DNA of 63,488 nucleotides, counting the filler, from Bigelowiella natans CCMP2755 (Eukaryota; Protista; Cercozoa): assembly GCA_000320545.1 (NCBI GenBank). It is 7 parts of 7 records of this genome, joined end to end, with 100 filler letters (N's around TTAATTAATTAA, not from the genome) between each part and the next. Parts side by side here need not be neighbours in the genome. Positions count along the whole stretch, not along the records: positions 1 to 24,602 come from ADNK01002160.1; positions 24,703 to 37,673 come from ADNK01000621.1; 5 more parts are not named here. One strand, given 5' to 3'. The translations under genes and the position numbers were made by a program. The stretch's first letter is position 1. Each line of letters starts with the position of its first letter. Below, in pieces: positions 13,327-30,520 of the stretch. The notes under the pieces were generated by a model that was given only the letters and a program-made list of their open reading frames with translations, made no database searches and was not told the DNA's origin.

Positions 13327-13636
13327 GGTGGCCGTCTTCTTTTTGTTGCGAAAACTTCCTACTCGGTCCCCAATTCTTGGTTCTCATTGCATTTTTATTG
13401 TACGACAACTATAATTTCTTTGTCTCTATTCACAAACATAAGGTATTTCGTTCTTTTTCCCCCCTTATAAAGGCTTAGGATATTCGGCCGACGGAAACCT
13501 CCCCCCCACCCGCTCGCTGCTCCCTTCTCCCGTTCCCGAAGAATGGGGGCCTTCCCAGTGGATTCCGTTGGCGGTGTTGCGTAGAATCGTTCAATCAACG
13601 TTGGAATTCTAAGAAATTACGCACGCACACCTCAAG

Positions 13637-15954
13637 ATGAATCAAGGCGGTGGCTTGATGGGGCTGCTCGGGATGGAAGGCTATGAGGTTAGTTGATGAG
13701 TTTCGCTGCTCCGTGTTGAAAATTACAATGCTTGCGATTTTCGCTCGTCCATGTGCTGCCCCCCTTGGAAAGTCTAAGGAAAAGACGGTGGCGTACTTTC
13801 GCATCGTATTCCCCCCCCCCCTATAATATCGCCGGCTTTGAGTCGGATTCATAAGGAACGTATGGGTTTTAACATGTGATGAAAATTTCCAAAATTTACT
13901 TGCGTGGCAGGATTCCAGTGATAACTCAATGCAGGTGACAGCTGATACCAAAAAAGAAAATGCAGCAGCGGACAGGTTACGAGCGCTCGCTCGGAGATCG
14001 TTAGGCAACAGTGGCGGTGGCGGTGGCGGTGCTGGTGGTGGCCGAGCGGCGAGAGGGACGACACGTGAAGAACAGGGTGCCTCGGAAGCAAATAGGTATC
14101 GAATTACTCATAGTCTTTTGATGTCATGCTGGGTGAAGTACAATCCTTCTCTAAAACCGCTTCTCGACCAGGATAAAGGCGTTCCAAGATCTCTTGAAGG
14201 AAAAGCAGATAAGCAGTTCAGATACGTGGCAGCAGGCCATGCGAAGGATCGTGACGGATCCAAGGTATGGGGTACTAAGGACCACAGCACAAAAGCAAAG
14301 GTAACGAATGCAATATCGGGTTTTAGTGGTAGCAACACGTAGCGAGGTTCGTCGTAAACGCGAGTATATACTCCAGGTTGATGTCCTCTTCCCATCCCCT
14401 TCCTCTTCTATCGTATATACTTGTTGCCTGTATAGATTTGTGGATCACTTATCATTAAGATCACTGTCACAATTACCATCTGTTGCTTCTTCGGCGCCAT
14501 TTTGTCAGAGTTTTCAAAGAGTACGTACAGAATCTGCGGCGAGAAAATGGGGAGGAGATTGATGGGAAGGCGCCTTCCTCTAAGCTCGAGAAAAACAACA
14601 GTGGCAATTTTGCTGTTGATTCTACCATGGTGTGTGACTAAGAGATCTAGATAAAGTAGGGAGGGGGAAGGGTTATAGCCTACAAAACGATGATTTGCCT
14701 GTGCTTCAAAAACCGTCGCCCTCATCTCTGCTTTTTCTTCTTCCGCCCCCCATCTGTTTTTCTTTAGACACACTTAGCGGAGTTTAAAAAGCTGCTGCGC
14801 AACAGATCAATGTACGCCTGTTTCTACGCCCACACACACGCACGCACGCGCACACACACACACACACAAAATCTATACATTATAAGCGCATACGCTATCT
14901 TCCATTTTTTCGGGACAACACAGGGGGACTAATACTATGGGTGATTGAGGGTTTAAGGAAAAATCGATTGAACAATGGTTGATGGCCACCTGAAAGCAGC
15001 CGAAATTTTGCATAAAATGCACAAAAAGCCGCAACTTTCGTTACATCGACTTACCAATTAACGATTTGAGACCGGGACTTGCTGCTGCTAACCTCATCCC
15101 CCCCCATAACCCATCGTAAAATTCAGGTATGAGGTTCGGATTGACACGACGTGGGAATCGATGCACGCCCAGTATGTGAACGAACACCCCTATCAACACA
15201 AACTGAATGCAGGCATGCTAGCAATAGCGCTTTGAAACAACAGATTTCGGAGATTACAAAAAAAATCCCACAAGCAGAGCCACCGATACAACCGCCCATA
15301 ACATTTGGCTTGTGAGGGCCGTGCTGCAGAATTGCACCGATGTTTTTTTCATTTTTTCTTTTTTTTCTGGCGTCGTCATGCTATCGCACCTTACACGCAT
15401 TTGCCTTCGACCTCCCCACCACCACCACCAGCCTGGAGGCAACGCTTAAAGGCAACGAGCACTACGATGCCCTCGGATTCGTGGAGATAAAGATGGCATT
15501 TGAGGACTACATACGTGAGCTCAAAACGCTGGTAGAAGTTGTCCGCATACAACCACACTCTTGCCTTGCACTAAATATTTAAATGTTGCTCCCTCCCTTC
15601 TTACTCGGACTCTCTCCCCCCCCCCCCTTCCCATGAATACAAGGTACGGGCTGTTAAGCGAGCGAAGAGGCTGAAAGAGAAAAAGGAGGCCTTGGAGAAG
15701 AGGAAGAGGAAGAAGAAAAAGAAGAGGACTACGAAGGAAAACGTCTCTTTCGACAGTCAACAGATGCAAGCGAGCAGCAGCAGCAGCAAAAGACGGGGGA
15801 TAATAATAAGGAGGGAGAGAATGAAGAAGAGGGAGGAAGAGGTATGCGTGCCCTCACCATATAAACCGTCGGGACATGGCCACATTTTTGATAACCATCA
15901 GAAAAGTCATTTGTAGCGCATAAATATACTGTAATCATCGTCATCATCACCACC

Positions 15955-15987
<33 letters not shown>

Positions 15988-16146
15988 CCATCACCATCAC
16001 CGTCGTTTGCGTCATCGTCGTCGTCATCATCACTACTCACCTCCCCTTAATCGGCCACGTCCTAGGCTGGCCATATGCTGACATCTGAGGATGATCATAG
16101 AGAATTTGAGCGGCGCCGCCTTCTGCGACGAGCGAGACGACGGAAG

Positions 16147-16177
<31 letters not shown>

Positions 16178-16328
16178 CAAGTCGATTGGAAAAGAAGACT
16201 GTCGTAACTTGCAGCCATGATGAGGAAGACCCCGAGCTGAGCAGTCCTTCTTCTCTTGCTGACATCAGCGACGCAGCGAGGGTGCGTTCCCACCTCTTTC
16301 GTGCATTTTTGTCTGCCCTTCTCCCCCT

Positions 16329-16395
<67 letters not shown>

Positions 16396-17547
16396 TGCTG
16401 TGATGCTGTGGTAGACTCGGTTATAAGAGAGAGGGTGGGCGAGAGCGAGTGAAAGACAAGAAACAGCAAGATGCAAAATCTGGGACAATTATCTTGGCTA
16501 TTCGTTGACGGTTTCCATTACCCCGTTAACCAGAGGCAGGGATGTAAGCGAAGGATGAGAGGAGAGAACATGGCCAGGGGAGGATTTGCTATGCTAACCG
16601 ACCCAAGCAGCAGCGGCATGCAACAGCGACAGTCGGACGCTTTGGAGCAAGAAGGAGGGGCGAGTGAGGGAGGAAACAATCGAGGCGGTTGCGAGGAGGC
16701 CAGTCATGCTATGGATATTCATCCTTCAAGTAATGCCCTGTACCGACCTAGAAAACGAGTAAGGCATCATAACCACCGCGGTGTAGGCGGAGATGGGGAG
16801 CTGGGGGGGGGGGGGGCGCAATGGGAAGAGCGGAAACGCAGAAGAAGAAGGAGGCCTGCAAAGCGATACATTATCAGCAGCAATAGCAGCAGCAGTAGTA
16901 GCAGCAATATTAAAGCAAGATCATCGACGATGAAAACGAGGATCATGCGTGGAGCAATTCAAGCGACGATGACTGCGGCGGCCGCGGTGCCATCCTCGTC
17001 CCACATGGAAGAGGACTCAAATGTTTCTGAGGACGGACAGGAGAGGAGGGATAGGGGGGGGCGTCAAGAGGTAGATGATAACGGGAAAGAATTAGGGGGA
17101 GGGGGACGGGGAGCGGGTGGTGGTGGTGGAAGAGGAGGACGACAACGACGAGGAGGAGGAGGGGGAGGAGGATTGCAAAGGACTAACACCATCACCAGCG
17201 ACGAGGATGCCACTGCTGCGACAGTTGCGCACATCATGGATGGAGAAGAGGAGGGGGGAATTGACGAAAGACCTCAACTTGCCACGATCCAGCAACATCG
17301 TGTAGCATCAGAAATCGCGATATTAGGAGACCCTTACTCACGCCGCCACCATCTAGAGCATCGTCGTAGCCATTATCGTGGCCACAGTGGTACTAGGAGG
17401 AAGATGAGAGACCGGAGGACGTTGACCGGACCCGGTAGATGCTCACCCCAACACCTACACAACTGTCGTAGAATGGAGGATGAGGACGATGAGAATGTTG
17501 TTGACAGAAGTTGCAGCAGCAGTGTCAACACTAGCACATGGATCTAA
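13637..17547 (+). CDS. FF-domain protein with long low-complexity R/G/D-rich C-terminus
   Basis: Phase-compatible exons from MNQGGGLMGLLGMEGYE|DSSDNSMQV... Exons near 14768-14811, 15127-15171 and 15432-15530 give THLAEFKKLLRNRSMYEVRIDTTWESMHAHLEATLKGNEHYDALGFVEIKMAFEDYIREL, matching the FF consensus (F..LL..I...tW..Y..L..F.dYi.eL). Linkage to the 16471-17547 ORF is inferred. Confidence 0.55.
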
Positions 17548-18949
17548 ACAGCTCTTTCATCGAGCTCAAGAGCAACTTAGGCAGATACTACATCACATAA
17601 TGCACATGTGATGCATGGGCGAGTGCTAGCAGAGTGGAACATGTGCTGCCGCAGACACGCGTGCTGTCGTGCTTGTCACGTTTGCAAAAGTGAAAGTGCA
17701 TGTCTGTTGCTGCGAAGGCTGTCATGGGTCATCTGTAGCGACTAGCTAGATTTTGCTGGTCCGTGCAACGTCAGATGCACAATGAGATTGAGGTGAGGCT
17801 GATGTGGTTTTGTGCACATCGCACGCGTGCAGCACGCGTTTGAGGCATGCTAGCATGGCATGCATGCATGGCTGAGGCCCATGCTAGCATGCGTGACCGA
17901 CCACAGCTAGACAGGCAATTGAACTAGTGAAGATCGACCACTCACATTGTTGACAGCACTGCTAGCTGGCTAGCCTGCTAGCCTGCTAGCCTGGCGTGAT
18001 CTCTCCACTGCTACGTGCTTGCGCGATCTTCATCAGTGAGCGCGCATCACGGCACACACTTGCATCAATCCCACGCATCGTGCGCTGTCAATGCACGTGT
18101 TTGACAGCAGGTGAAACGCCTGCTAGCCTGTCTAGCTGTGCTGTGAGAACAGCAGTTCCGTGTTCACGTTGCTGCACCTAGACATTGCTGCAAGCGCGCC
18201 TGCCATCGATTCTGTTGCCAGACTTGCCACCTTGTGTCAATGGTGGTGGGGCGGCGCTGGCACTTCGTCGATGAATCGTGCATCGAAACACAAGTGTTGG
18301 CACTCAAAGCAGCTGCGACGACGTTCAGACTCAGTGCGCAGCGCAGCAGGCGAAAACGGTGACGAAGCATCATTTTGTTTCCACCACACCAGTGTGTCGA
18401 TCAAAATCTCGGAAAGCACGATTCAGCATTGCTCGCGTGCGCACGATCCAGCCAAAGTCGGTGCACGAGTGTGCGGGTGCGGTTGGCCTCGACCACTGTG
18501 TGTTTCGCTGCGGCGTCGAGCCCAAGAGGAAGAGAAAAGCCTAGCCACGTTCACCACCTGAGAAGGAAAACATGAACAAAATCGCCTGTTCAAACATCAG
18601 CACCACCACTGACAAGTGATGGACTGTCACAGCGTGAGTTCGCTGAAAGCGTCGGTTGGTTCGCTGGGGCCTTTGTATGTCTGCGAACGACACCTCAAGA
18701 AATAGACCCTAACGTGTGAGAGATTCTAACCGGAAGAAACCAACAAATTTTTGCCGAAGGTTGCCATCTTTTGATTCATTCTCAGATCTTGATCTGGATC
18801 TCGATGTGCGTGCTAACCACATTTAGACAAATATATTAGGATGTTATCAGCTTGATTTTGTGTCTACCCAAAACTTGCCCAGAGCAACACCGCATAACAA
18901 AAAGACGACCAGCACCCAGTCAGCAATCGTGCGTCGCCCCGGCCCCTTC

Positions 18950-22620
<3,671 letters not shown>

Positions 22621-23883
22621 ATGTGGGCGACGAAGAAATAAGATCTCATGATAATGATTAGATGTTGGTATGAGAGGCTGGTGTGTGTGGCAAATGACAT
22701 TCCAATTAGGACGGGATGGTAGCATTCACAGACACTCACTCGAAGATTACTAATAACAACAGTATACACATTTAGCAGAGGTTGGCCACATAGAAATAGT
22801 CTTAATTGCTTGCTGCGCAGCGGTATATTTATAAAATTGTAAAATAATTTCGATGCTTCGAAAAAGTCATGGGCGGCTTGCAACGTAGCAGCGGAACGCA
22901 ATGTGCCGGTTGGTCGACCGCATATGTAACAACGCAAGAGTGACACAACGTATGCGCGGCCGCCAGCGTATCCCTGTATCCATCTGTGCCTGTATACATC
23001 TGTGCCTGTGTACCATTGGCGGCTTCTGCGCTCCATCTAGCAACAAATAGCGAGCTGCATGGGTCTGTCTGTTTCCTTTCGTGTGTACATGTTTTCTAAT
23101 GATGTTGCATGCAAAAATCTTCTCAAAGATCTAAATATTACTCTTCTGTGAGCCATTTGTCCAATGGCTTTCCCACTTTTAATTTGAATGTTCTCATCTG
23201 TCACTTCACATGAGAACAATTTCATGGTGTTTCATGCAACGATGCTCGTCTGCTGTGGCGGATTTTTGCTGTGTCATTATATCATTTTCAAAAAAGATTG
23301 TTTTCACAAAAGACACGTGATGTGCCTGTAAATTTCACCATGTCGATTATTCTAGCAATTCAGTTCAGCAGTACGTAGGTCGTCGTAGGCTAATTGTCAT
23401 GTTTCGCATTTTCGCAATTTTTCCCACTGCCGATAGTGGCGGGGAAATGAAATGTGGGGTGCGATGTGCACCCAGCAGCGCGCATTATTGCTGTGGTCCA
23501 TGGACAGTTATAGCGCAAATGAGGCTTGCGTGTGCAACAACTAGCAGACGCAAGACAAAAGCCTCGTAATGACAATTTTTCAACATGCATTCCGATGACA
23601 CATGACTGCACAGCTATGTGTAGTCACTGCGAGAGCTATGCTAGCTATAGGTACACAATTTGTATCATTTTGGCTGTTCACATCTTCACTACTGTCCTGA
23701 GGACACACGCGTGTGCGCACGAACATATTTGGATTGTCGAACAACCACACGAACACACCTCAGCCTTTTTGTGCGAATAGAGTACTACTTAACCACGGCA
23801 TGCACTACACGGTGCAGCACATGGCGGTTGAAATGATTTATTTGTTGCGTGATATAGGTCTATGTAACAATTTTAATGCTCCA

Positions 23884-24147
23884 TCATACCCAGACGCCTG
23901 CCCATAGCAGGAGGAAGAGGCAACCGTAACCCAAACACGTCGAGGAGAGAAGTGAGATTCCTACTTCGAACTTCAAGTCTCGTTCCTTCGCTGGTGATGA
24001 GGACACGTAGACGAAGAAGTACCCCATGCTCGCGATCCCAAGGGCCACAAGACACACCCATAGGATATTAAAAAATGCAGGGTTGACGTAAGGGCTGAAT
24101 GGGATCAAGTTAGTGGGAATGTCCTCGAGGGTGAGTTGGGACATCAT
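23884..24147 (-). CDS. TMEM258: TMEM258/OST5 oligosaccharyltransferase subunit
   Basis: 87 aa, two TMs: SPYVNPAFF...YFFVY...RDLKFEVGISLLSSTCLGYGCLFLLLWAGVWV matches TMEM258 (SPVNPAVF...FFVYE...GFGVLFLLLWVGIYV). Confidence 0.95.
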   Translation of the reverse strand: MMSQLTLEDIPTNLIPFSPYVNPAFFNILWVCLVALGIASMGYFFVYVSSSPAKERDLKFEVGISLLSSTCLGYGCLFLLLWAGVWV

Positions 24148-24289
24148 GGTGACGAGAAGGAGGAGGCAGCTCGGGATACGGGAAGAATGGGCACTAACTT
24201 CGCCTAGTCTTTCTTTTCAATCCGTGATTTTCCTGATTGATCGTGAAGTTGGCCTTTCAGTATATCTTCGCCTTGTTCCCACTGCCAGA

Positions 24290-24352
<63 letters not shown>

Positions 24353-24602
24353 GTATGAGTATATATATATATATATATATGGATCTGTCGCGAGATCTAG
24401 GGAGAATCACGGATTTAGAAGAAAGACTAGGGGAAGAGAGGGCGCATACTTCCCGTATGTCGAGGGGGGTTCCTCTTCTCTCGTCTCTATGTTGTTCTTC
24501 TTATCTCTCGCGGACATTTCACACAAACATCGCGCACACACAGAGGCTTCAGTGAAGACGCGCGTTTTTTTAATGTCTCTCTGTGTGTGTCTTTTGCCCC
24601 TG

Positions 24603-24702
24603 NNNNNNNNNNNNNNNNNNNNNNNNNNNNNNNNNNNNNNNNNNNNTTAATTAATTAANNNNNNNNNNNNNNNNNNNNNNNNNNNNNNNNNNNNNNNNNN
24701 NN
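24603..24702. other. Artificial contig linker
   Basis: N-run + TTAATTAATTAA (stops in six frames) + N-run, 100 bp. Confidence 0.99.
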
Positions 24703-24722
24703 CCTTACTGATCTACCGCTGA

Positions 24723-24762
<40 letters not shown>

Positions 24763-24803
24763 GCTACTGCTGCTACGACTGCTACTATTACTTCTACTAC
24801 TAC

Positions 24804-25350
24804 CATTGCAATCGAGAACATCCATCCTATAGCGACGCCAACAAGATTTGTTTGCCCCATTGCTGCCTGATAGCATCATCATCTTCCTCATTATCATCGT
24901 ATGCAAATAATGATGATAAGTAGATAATCAGATCATGCACTCGTCACAGGCTTTAGCATACTTCTTCCTCTTCGCACACAAAAACGACGATGTTATCATT
25001 CATTCATTGATTACCACGCAATTGACTGCTGTGCCCAAAAACATAAGTGTAAACGTTCCAAGGAACTCAGATAGCACGTCTCTGTTGTTTCTTCTGAATG
25101 CTAACAAATAATGACGACGACGAAGGACGACAACAAAACCATTAAAACTTACTCAAAAAAAGAGGTAAATCAGATGTGGTAGTTGAATGCCTATGCACCT
25201 TTCAAGCGACTGAGAAGAGACATGCTTGGTTGTCCAATGCTCGCATCTGCGGGATCATGAAGATAGAACTATAAGAAGGTCATCATTCGATAATAAAACG
25301 GTGTCCTGCAGCTAACCAAACTAGTACCATTATTATTATCACTACTACTT

Positions 25351-25383
<33 letters not shown>

Positions 25384-26055
25384 GTAGTAGTGGTAATATA
25401 TACATTTTAAAAGAAGTAGTCAGCAACAACTACTATTCGTCATCATACCTTGCGCCATTGTGCTAGATACGGGTTGGACACCACGAGTAGTTGTCTGTAA
25501 GAGAAAGGGAAGGAAGAGATGAGACCCTATGAGCAACGCCAAATAGCACATATTATTAGACAAGCGCATAAGTGGTTACAACCAACTAATATGCTAACTC
25601 CATATTGTGAATCATAAACGTTCGCTTAGATGATCCAATCAGTAGCAGGAATACAACAAACGACGAAACAACTTTCAAAGTGGAGAGATGTTGCCTCTTG
25701 CCCCTGTTAATTACGCCGCTATTGGCATTTGCGAGTTGATCGTATGCGGTTTTTGTGTTCAAACCGGAGAGAACACGCCTATTTATAAATAACAATTCTC
25801 AGCAATTAATTGCCAATAATTCAGCTGTGCATAAGCTGCATTATCGTGGTGTTTAGTGCAGTATCAGTTTGGCAGAAATCCAGAAATTCGAGAGTAGTTC
25901 TAACACCCGCACCTGTGAGAAGCAGGCATTCTGAAAGAAGTTCCAACAGCGCCACTAGTTGCTGCTGAAGTAGTAGCCTTGGGCGAGATTCGTCCTGGGA
26001 CTGCTCCAACCACCACGGCAGCAGCAGCGCATGTAAACAGAACTTTGGACATCAT
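24804..26055 (-). CDS. MIP/aquaporin family channel, 5' part, truncated by contig end; long N-terminal targeting-like leader
   Basis: Exons give ...LSRLK|AFRRNNRDVLSEFLGTFTLMFLGTAVNCV|AAMGQTNLVGVAIGWMFSIAM (MIP TM1 AEFxGT motif and TM2). The NPA loop is lost beyond the gap. First exon MMSKVLFTCAAAAVVVGAVPGRISPKATTSAATSG...; middle junctions uncertain. Confidence 0.8.
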
Positions 26056-26359
26056 CGAGAATTTAATCTGTTTGGAGGAGGGAGAGCACGATTATCATCC
26101 CAATGGTCGAGTAAGTAGTTAGATAAATGGGTCTGAAAGCAGGGGGGGGCAGCAAACCCCTACATACCTGTCGGGAGAGCACGAGAAATGTATGATGCAG
26201 CACCCTATTGCTGTTTCTGTGCCGATGGTGCTGTTGAGGCAAACTAGCAAGCAGAAACGGCCTGCATTCATCATCATTATTCTCTTATTAGGATGATTGG
26301 GTTCTCGTAGTTGTTTTCTGCTGTACGACAGACGACAGACATACACTGGAAACTGTCCG

Positions 26360-26485
26360 TTTGTTGCAAACGACTGAATATGAAGGAAATGCATGCTATT
26401 TTGGGTGACGACAAGCATTTATTGCAAGACTCGATTAAATATGAAGGAATACATGCTATTTTGCATGGACGACAAGATTTTGTTG
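26360..26485. repeat. Degenerate ~60-bp tandem duplication in divergent promoter
   Basis: AATATGAAGGAAATGCATGCTATTTTGGGTGACGACAAG and AATATGAAGGAATACATGCTATTTTGCATGGACGACAAG lie about 60 bp apart. Confidence 0.85.
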
Positions 26486-26604
26486 TACAATTCTCTATTA
26501 GAGGGCGGTAAACAGACAGCACAGTGAGCACAGTCGATCGGATCGACTTTTTACATTTCACCGCAACACCTACCCACTCGGAAGAGCACTGGAATATAAT
26601 AATC

Positions 26605-27875
26605 ATGGGGGCAAACTGCTCCCTCGGGCTGCCTCCCGTGCCAACGTTAGATCATGCTGAGAGGGAAATAAAAGATCTTCACGAGTTTTTCACCGCGTGG
26701 TATTCAGGCGCTGAGAGATATGAGAAAATGGACGAAAAAGGTCTGCTGGGCACAAAATCATAGCAATACCTTGAATAGCATCTTTGTATTACAGGACATG
26801 AGATTCATATGATCATTCATTCTTATTCATCTGTCCAAAATTGCACTACATTATGTGTATTGTTCCAGAAAAAGATGTTGCCTTCCAAAGTTTCACTGAT
26901 CGCTTTCACTCTGACTTCGAATATGTTATGCCATCGGGGAAGAAATTTAGTAAGAGGTGCGTAATGACGAATAATGGGCAATTCGTACATCATTCGAATT
27001 CGTTTGATCAATGGCATTGTCTACTGAAGATATTTTCTGTCTTCTTTTTCTTTTTCTTCTTCTTCTTCTTCTTCTTCTTCTTCTTCTTCCAAGAATGATA
27101 CTCGACTTACGTCAAGTTTACGGAACTAGTCCCGACTTCAAAATTAAAATCGAGAATGTTAAGGTCATTAATTTGATTCAAACATTGAATATTATTAATA
27201 CCCCACACTTCCTCATTTGGGTGATACCATATAATTAATTATTATGCGTTGTTTTTTATCAGATGAAGCACGTCCCGTTTTCAGGAGGTAGAGTTATTTC
27301 TGGCACCTATAAGGAATTTCAGACTGGGGCCAAAAACAGCACGGTATTAAGAGCAACTATGTTCTGTTTATTATTCTGTTATACGCGCACTCTATTCGCT
27401 CCAGTTGAAATTGATAACATGTTGAAATCAATAGTATCATTATCAAATCATGTCACACACTTTTACTAGAATGCGCGTTCCTGCATCTTTAATTGGCACT
27501 TTAAGTTGAACCAGTGGACTATCGTGTGATGCTGATAATGCTTCACTTTTTATTATAATCATAGACGAACAACGGTACGTAATGCGGACGATCATGATGA
27601 CCGATACCTGCGATACCTTCCCCTGTTCCGACGAGCACTGGAGATATCCATCATCATTATCACTTGCAGACTGATTCCTTTTACTAACCCAGGACGACAC
27701 ACTACCGTTGTATTTCTGGCACATCCTTCTTCTGGCAAATATGGGCTTCAATGGTCAACTCTTTTCTTTGTCTCGGGAAGCTCCTAATGAATTGAACACA
27801 AACAGGTTACGTATCCATGAGACATGGCTTCCAGAAGAAGAAATCAATAAATTTGACTTCACGACAATAACATAA
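26605..27875 (+). CDS. DUF4440/SnoaL(NTF2)-like protein of bacterial type with MGxxC N-terminus
   Basis: Spliced: MGANCS...EREIKDLHEFFTAWYSG..|DVAFQSFTDRFHSDFEYVMPSG..|..YGTSPDFKIKIENVK|..GTYKEFQTGAKNST|TNNG|RHTTVVF..GLQW|LRIHETW..FTTIT*. LH.FF..W..G, R.TT.VF and W..IHETW are typical of this family. Confidence 0.8.
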
Positions 27876-28790
27876 AAATTTAATCCCGTTAGTAGCGTGT
27901 GAGTATGCTTTAGAACTATGGCGTAATCTAGCAGCATAAATGTGACAACATACATCTAGACTAAGCTAGATATGTGACAGATGCTAGAGATGTAATGAAA
28001 AAATTACATTTTTTGCAAAGTCATAATGCTGTGGCTGTGCAATGCTGCGACTACAGCGCTTAGGTTGTTAAGATATATGCACACACGATACGTTGGATCA
28101 ACAAGCATATAAGTAAATCTAGATGGCCTAGCCAGCTCTAGAGCTAGACCTAGCTAGCTAGAGACGACTAGTAGACATGCACATTTGATACGCGTCTATC
28201 TAGCTATTCTAGTATTGCTCTTTCAATTCAGTCACGTGGCCAACTACAATGCTAATCTGCTAGCCTGACAAGGCGCATCGCTACGATACACGTATTAAAG
28301 CATTCAGAAATGATGGTGCTTGCCGCATTCTACGATACGCGAGCATGCTAGATCTAGACATGTTTGCCAAACTACAAATCTGTAACGTCATGATGTCGAG
28401 ATTTTATGTACACGCCCATATCACATATAAAATTGCATATGCAGATGTACGTATATGTGTATTATATTTTCTGGGTATAATGACGTTTGTTTGCACGTAT
28501 TTATAGTAATGTTATCTCTCTCTCTCTCGTGCGTGCAGGCACGCGCGCAATCAGGTGTGTTTTAGTGCACGTGGTAAGGTAGCGATAGCATAGTCTGTGT
28601 ACTTAATAATTACTATTGTTACGTCGACAACTGACACAGCACTTCGCATAAACTAAATAATCTGGAAATCACGAGTATCGAAGCAATTTCTCGAACCTTC
28701 TGAATAATACTACCGATATCCTCGATATCTCCTATGGCACTTCTTTTATTTTCGTTTAACTAGTTTAGTAACTAGATTACTATGTTGGCA

Positions 28791-29542
28791 TTACATGTCG
28801 TCATAATCTTCTGAGTCTGAATCCTCATCTCCAAATGGCCTCCTAAAGATGATGCATACAGAGTAGCACTAAATTTAGCAACTCGTTGAAAACTAATCTT
28901 TGATTCCTTGATCTGGTGCTTTGGTTGTTTATTACCGTGCAAATTTGATAACTGATTTCTTTGTCTTCTCTTGGTTTATTTGCGCCAGATAACTCTTCAA
29001 CGTGTCCTGCATGAGAAAAGATTCGCCTTCATGTATGTACAAGGGAGGAAGCCTTTTTACGAGTTTGGTACATTTACACCATGCATAGATATGAATACCC
29101 CTGAGACTTTGGATTTGATAGCTCCCTTCGATGCCATTCTGTCATTTGATGAAAACAATTAGGGAACGTGACAAATTAATTAACATATTGATCCTCACGA
29201 TAAAATCATATTCGTCACTTGCTCCGCCATTTCCGGCTTTACCAGTTTAATTCTTGTTACTGGAATCGTTAGTAGTAGCAACAAAAAAGGAAAAGTATTA
29301 ATTCACTGCCTCAAGAATAAGTGAAGTGTGTCGAAGGATACGTTGACATACATCTTTCCATCGCTTCCGGGGCGAGAAGCTGCTTCATCATCGCATCTCG
29401 TTTTTGCTTGATAGCTTGGATCTTCTGAGATTGCTCTTGTGCTAAGTGATATAATGGATAAACATTTCATTAATAAACTTGGGGAACCATGAAATCATTA
29501 TCGCTTTTACTTCAAACCTGCTTTAAGCTTGGCCTCATCCAT
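28791..29542 (-). CDS. PDCD5: Programmed cell death protein 5
   Basis: 6 small exons: MDEAKLKA|AQEQSQKIQAIKQKRDAMMKQLLAPEAMER|LTRIKLVKPEMAEQVTNMILS|MASKGAIKSKVSG|DTLKSYLAQINQEKTKKSVIKFAR|RPFGDEDSDSEDYDDM*. Confidence 0.95.
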
Positions 29543-30520
29543 GATCGTCGTCGAAGGAAGTCTACATAAATTAGGAAAATATATCGTATTTATGACCAGG
29601 GGAGTCTTCACGACTTTCAGAAGGGCTCAATTAAACGTGTATGCGTTGCTTCTATAGCCATGATGATATTTTTGTGCATGGCTACTGTTTTCGCGGAGCC
29701 CGCAAATAGAATTTTCTGGTGGGGTGGGGAGAGTGAAAGACGTTGGTCGTTTGTTTTGTGATTTGTTATTTGTTGTTAAAGTTGTTGTCGATGTGTTGTG
29801 CTTGCCAGTCAAGACTGTTTCCCTTATTAGTCCAAACTACAAAGAATTATCATGTCGCACGTTAAAAAATACAACTAATTTATCACAAATTATGTTTTAG
29901 ATTGTCGTAATTTGGTAAATGAATGTATCTTGATTAATTCTTCCAACAGACGACGACTTTGCGAGATATTATTGTTAAAAACATATCAAACAACACAATT
30001 TGTCTGTGGATAGATATTTTTGCGATGGAAGTATTTCCTACGACAAGGCTCCTCTTCATCGCTGCTATGTTCTGCCCAAATATCGTACGAAACGTCGGCA
30101 ACTACGTCGTGCAAGAAGTTGGGCATTTGAGGCACGTGATTCCGTTGTAGATCTAGTTGATCAATCGTGATTCATGTCTCAGGAAAAGAATCCAGTGCCT
30201 TTCTCCGGTGAGACAAGCCTAATGTCTGATAATCCACTTGTCTCGGGAACATATTCTCCTGCCTTATCTCATGTGCGTGTGGTAGTGCTCTGATGGTAGG
30301 AGGAGGAGTGCGAAGCAGAACGATGCATAGCGAATCCGTGACGGAGCTAGATGAATCAAAAGGCTTCGATCTGTACCTTAGTGATGGAGAAAGAGTAGGA
30401 GATAATCAGGGAGTAAGATGGAATAGATGCTCTAATGTGTTCTGCAAAATTTGGGAAGCACTCCACGGTAAATAAATCAATCAGCCCCAAAATGAGCGAC
30501 TTTACAGATTTCCTTTTTTA

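Noticed and set aside
7805-17547. RNA-processing cluster (mago, INTS8, FF protein)
   Set aside because: Housekeeping genes interrupted by a mitochondrial ribosomal protein; no evidence of functional linkage.
18655-18760. Small hairpin plus AATTTTTG (Sm-site-like) as an snRNA
   Set aside because: Lacks the invariant U5 loop GCCUUUUAC and any U1/U2/U4 hallmarks.
24647-24658. TTAATTAATTAA repeated six times in the window
   Set aside because: Always embedded in N-runs: a synthetic six-frame-stop linker, not biology.
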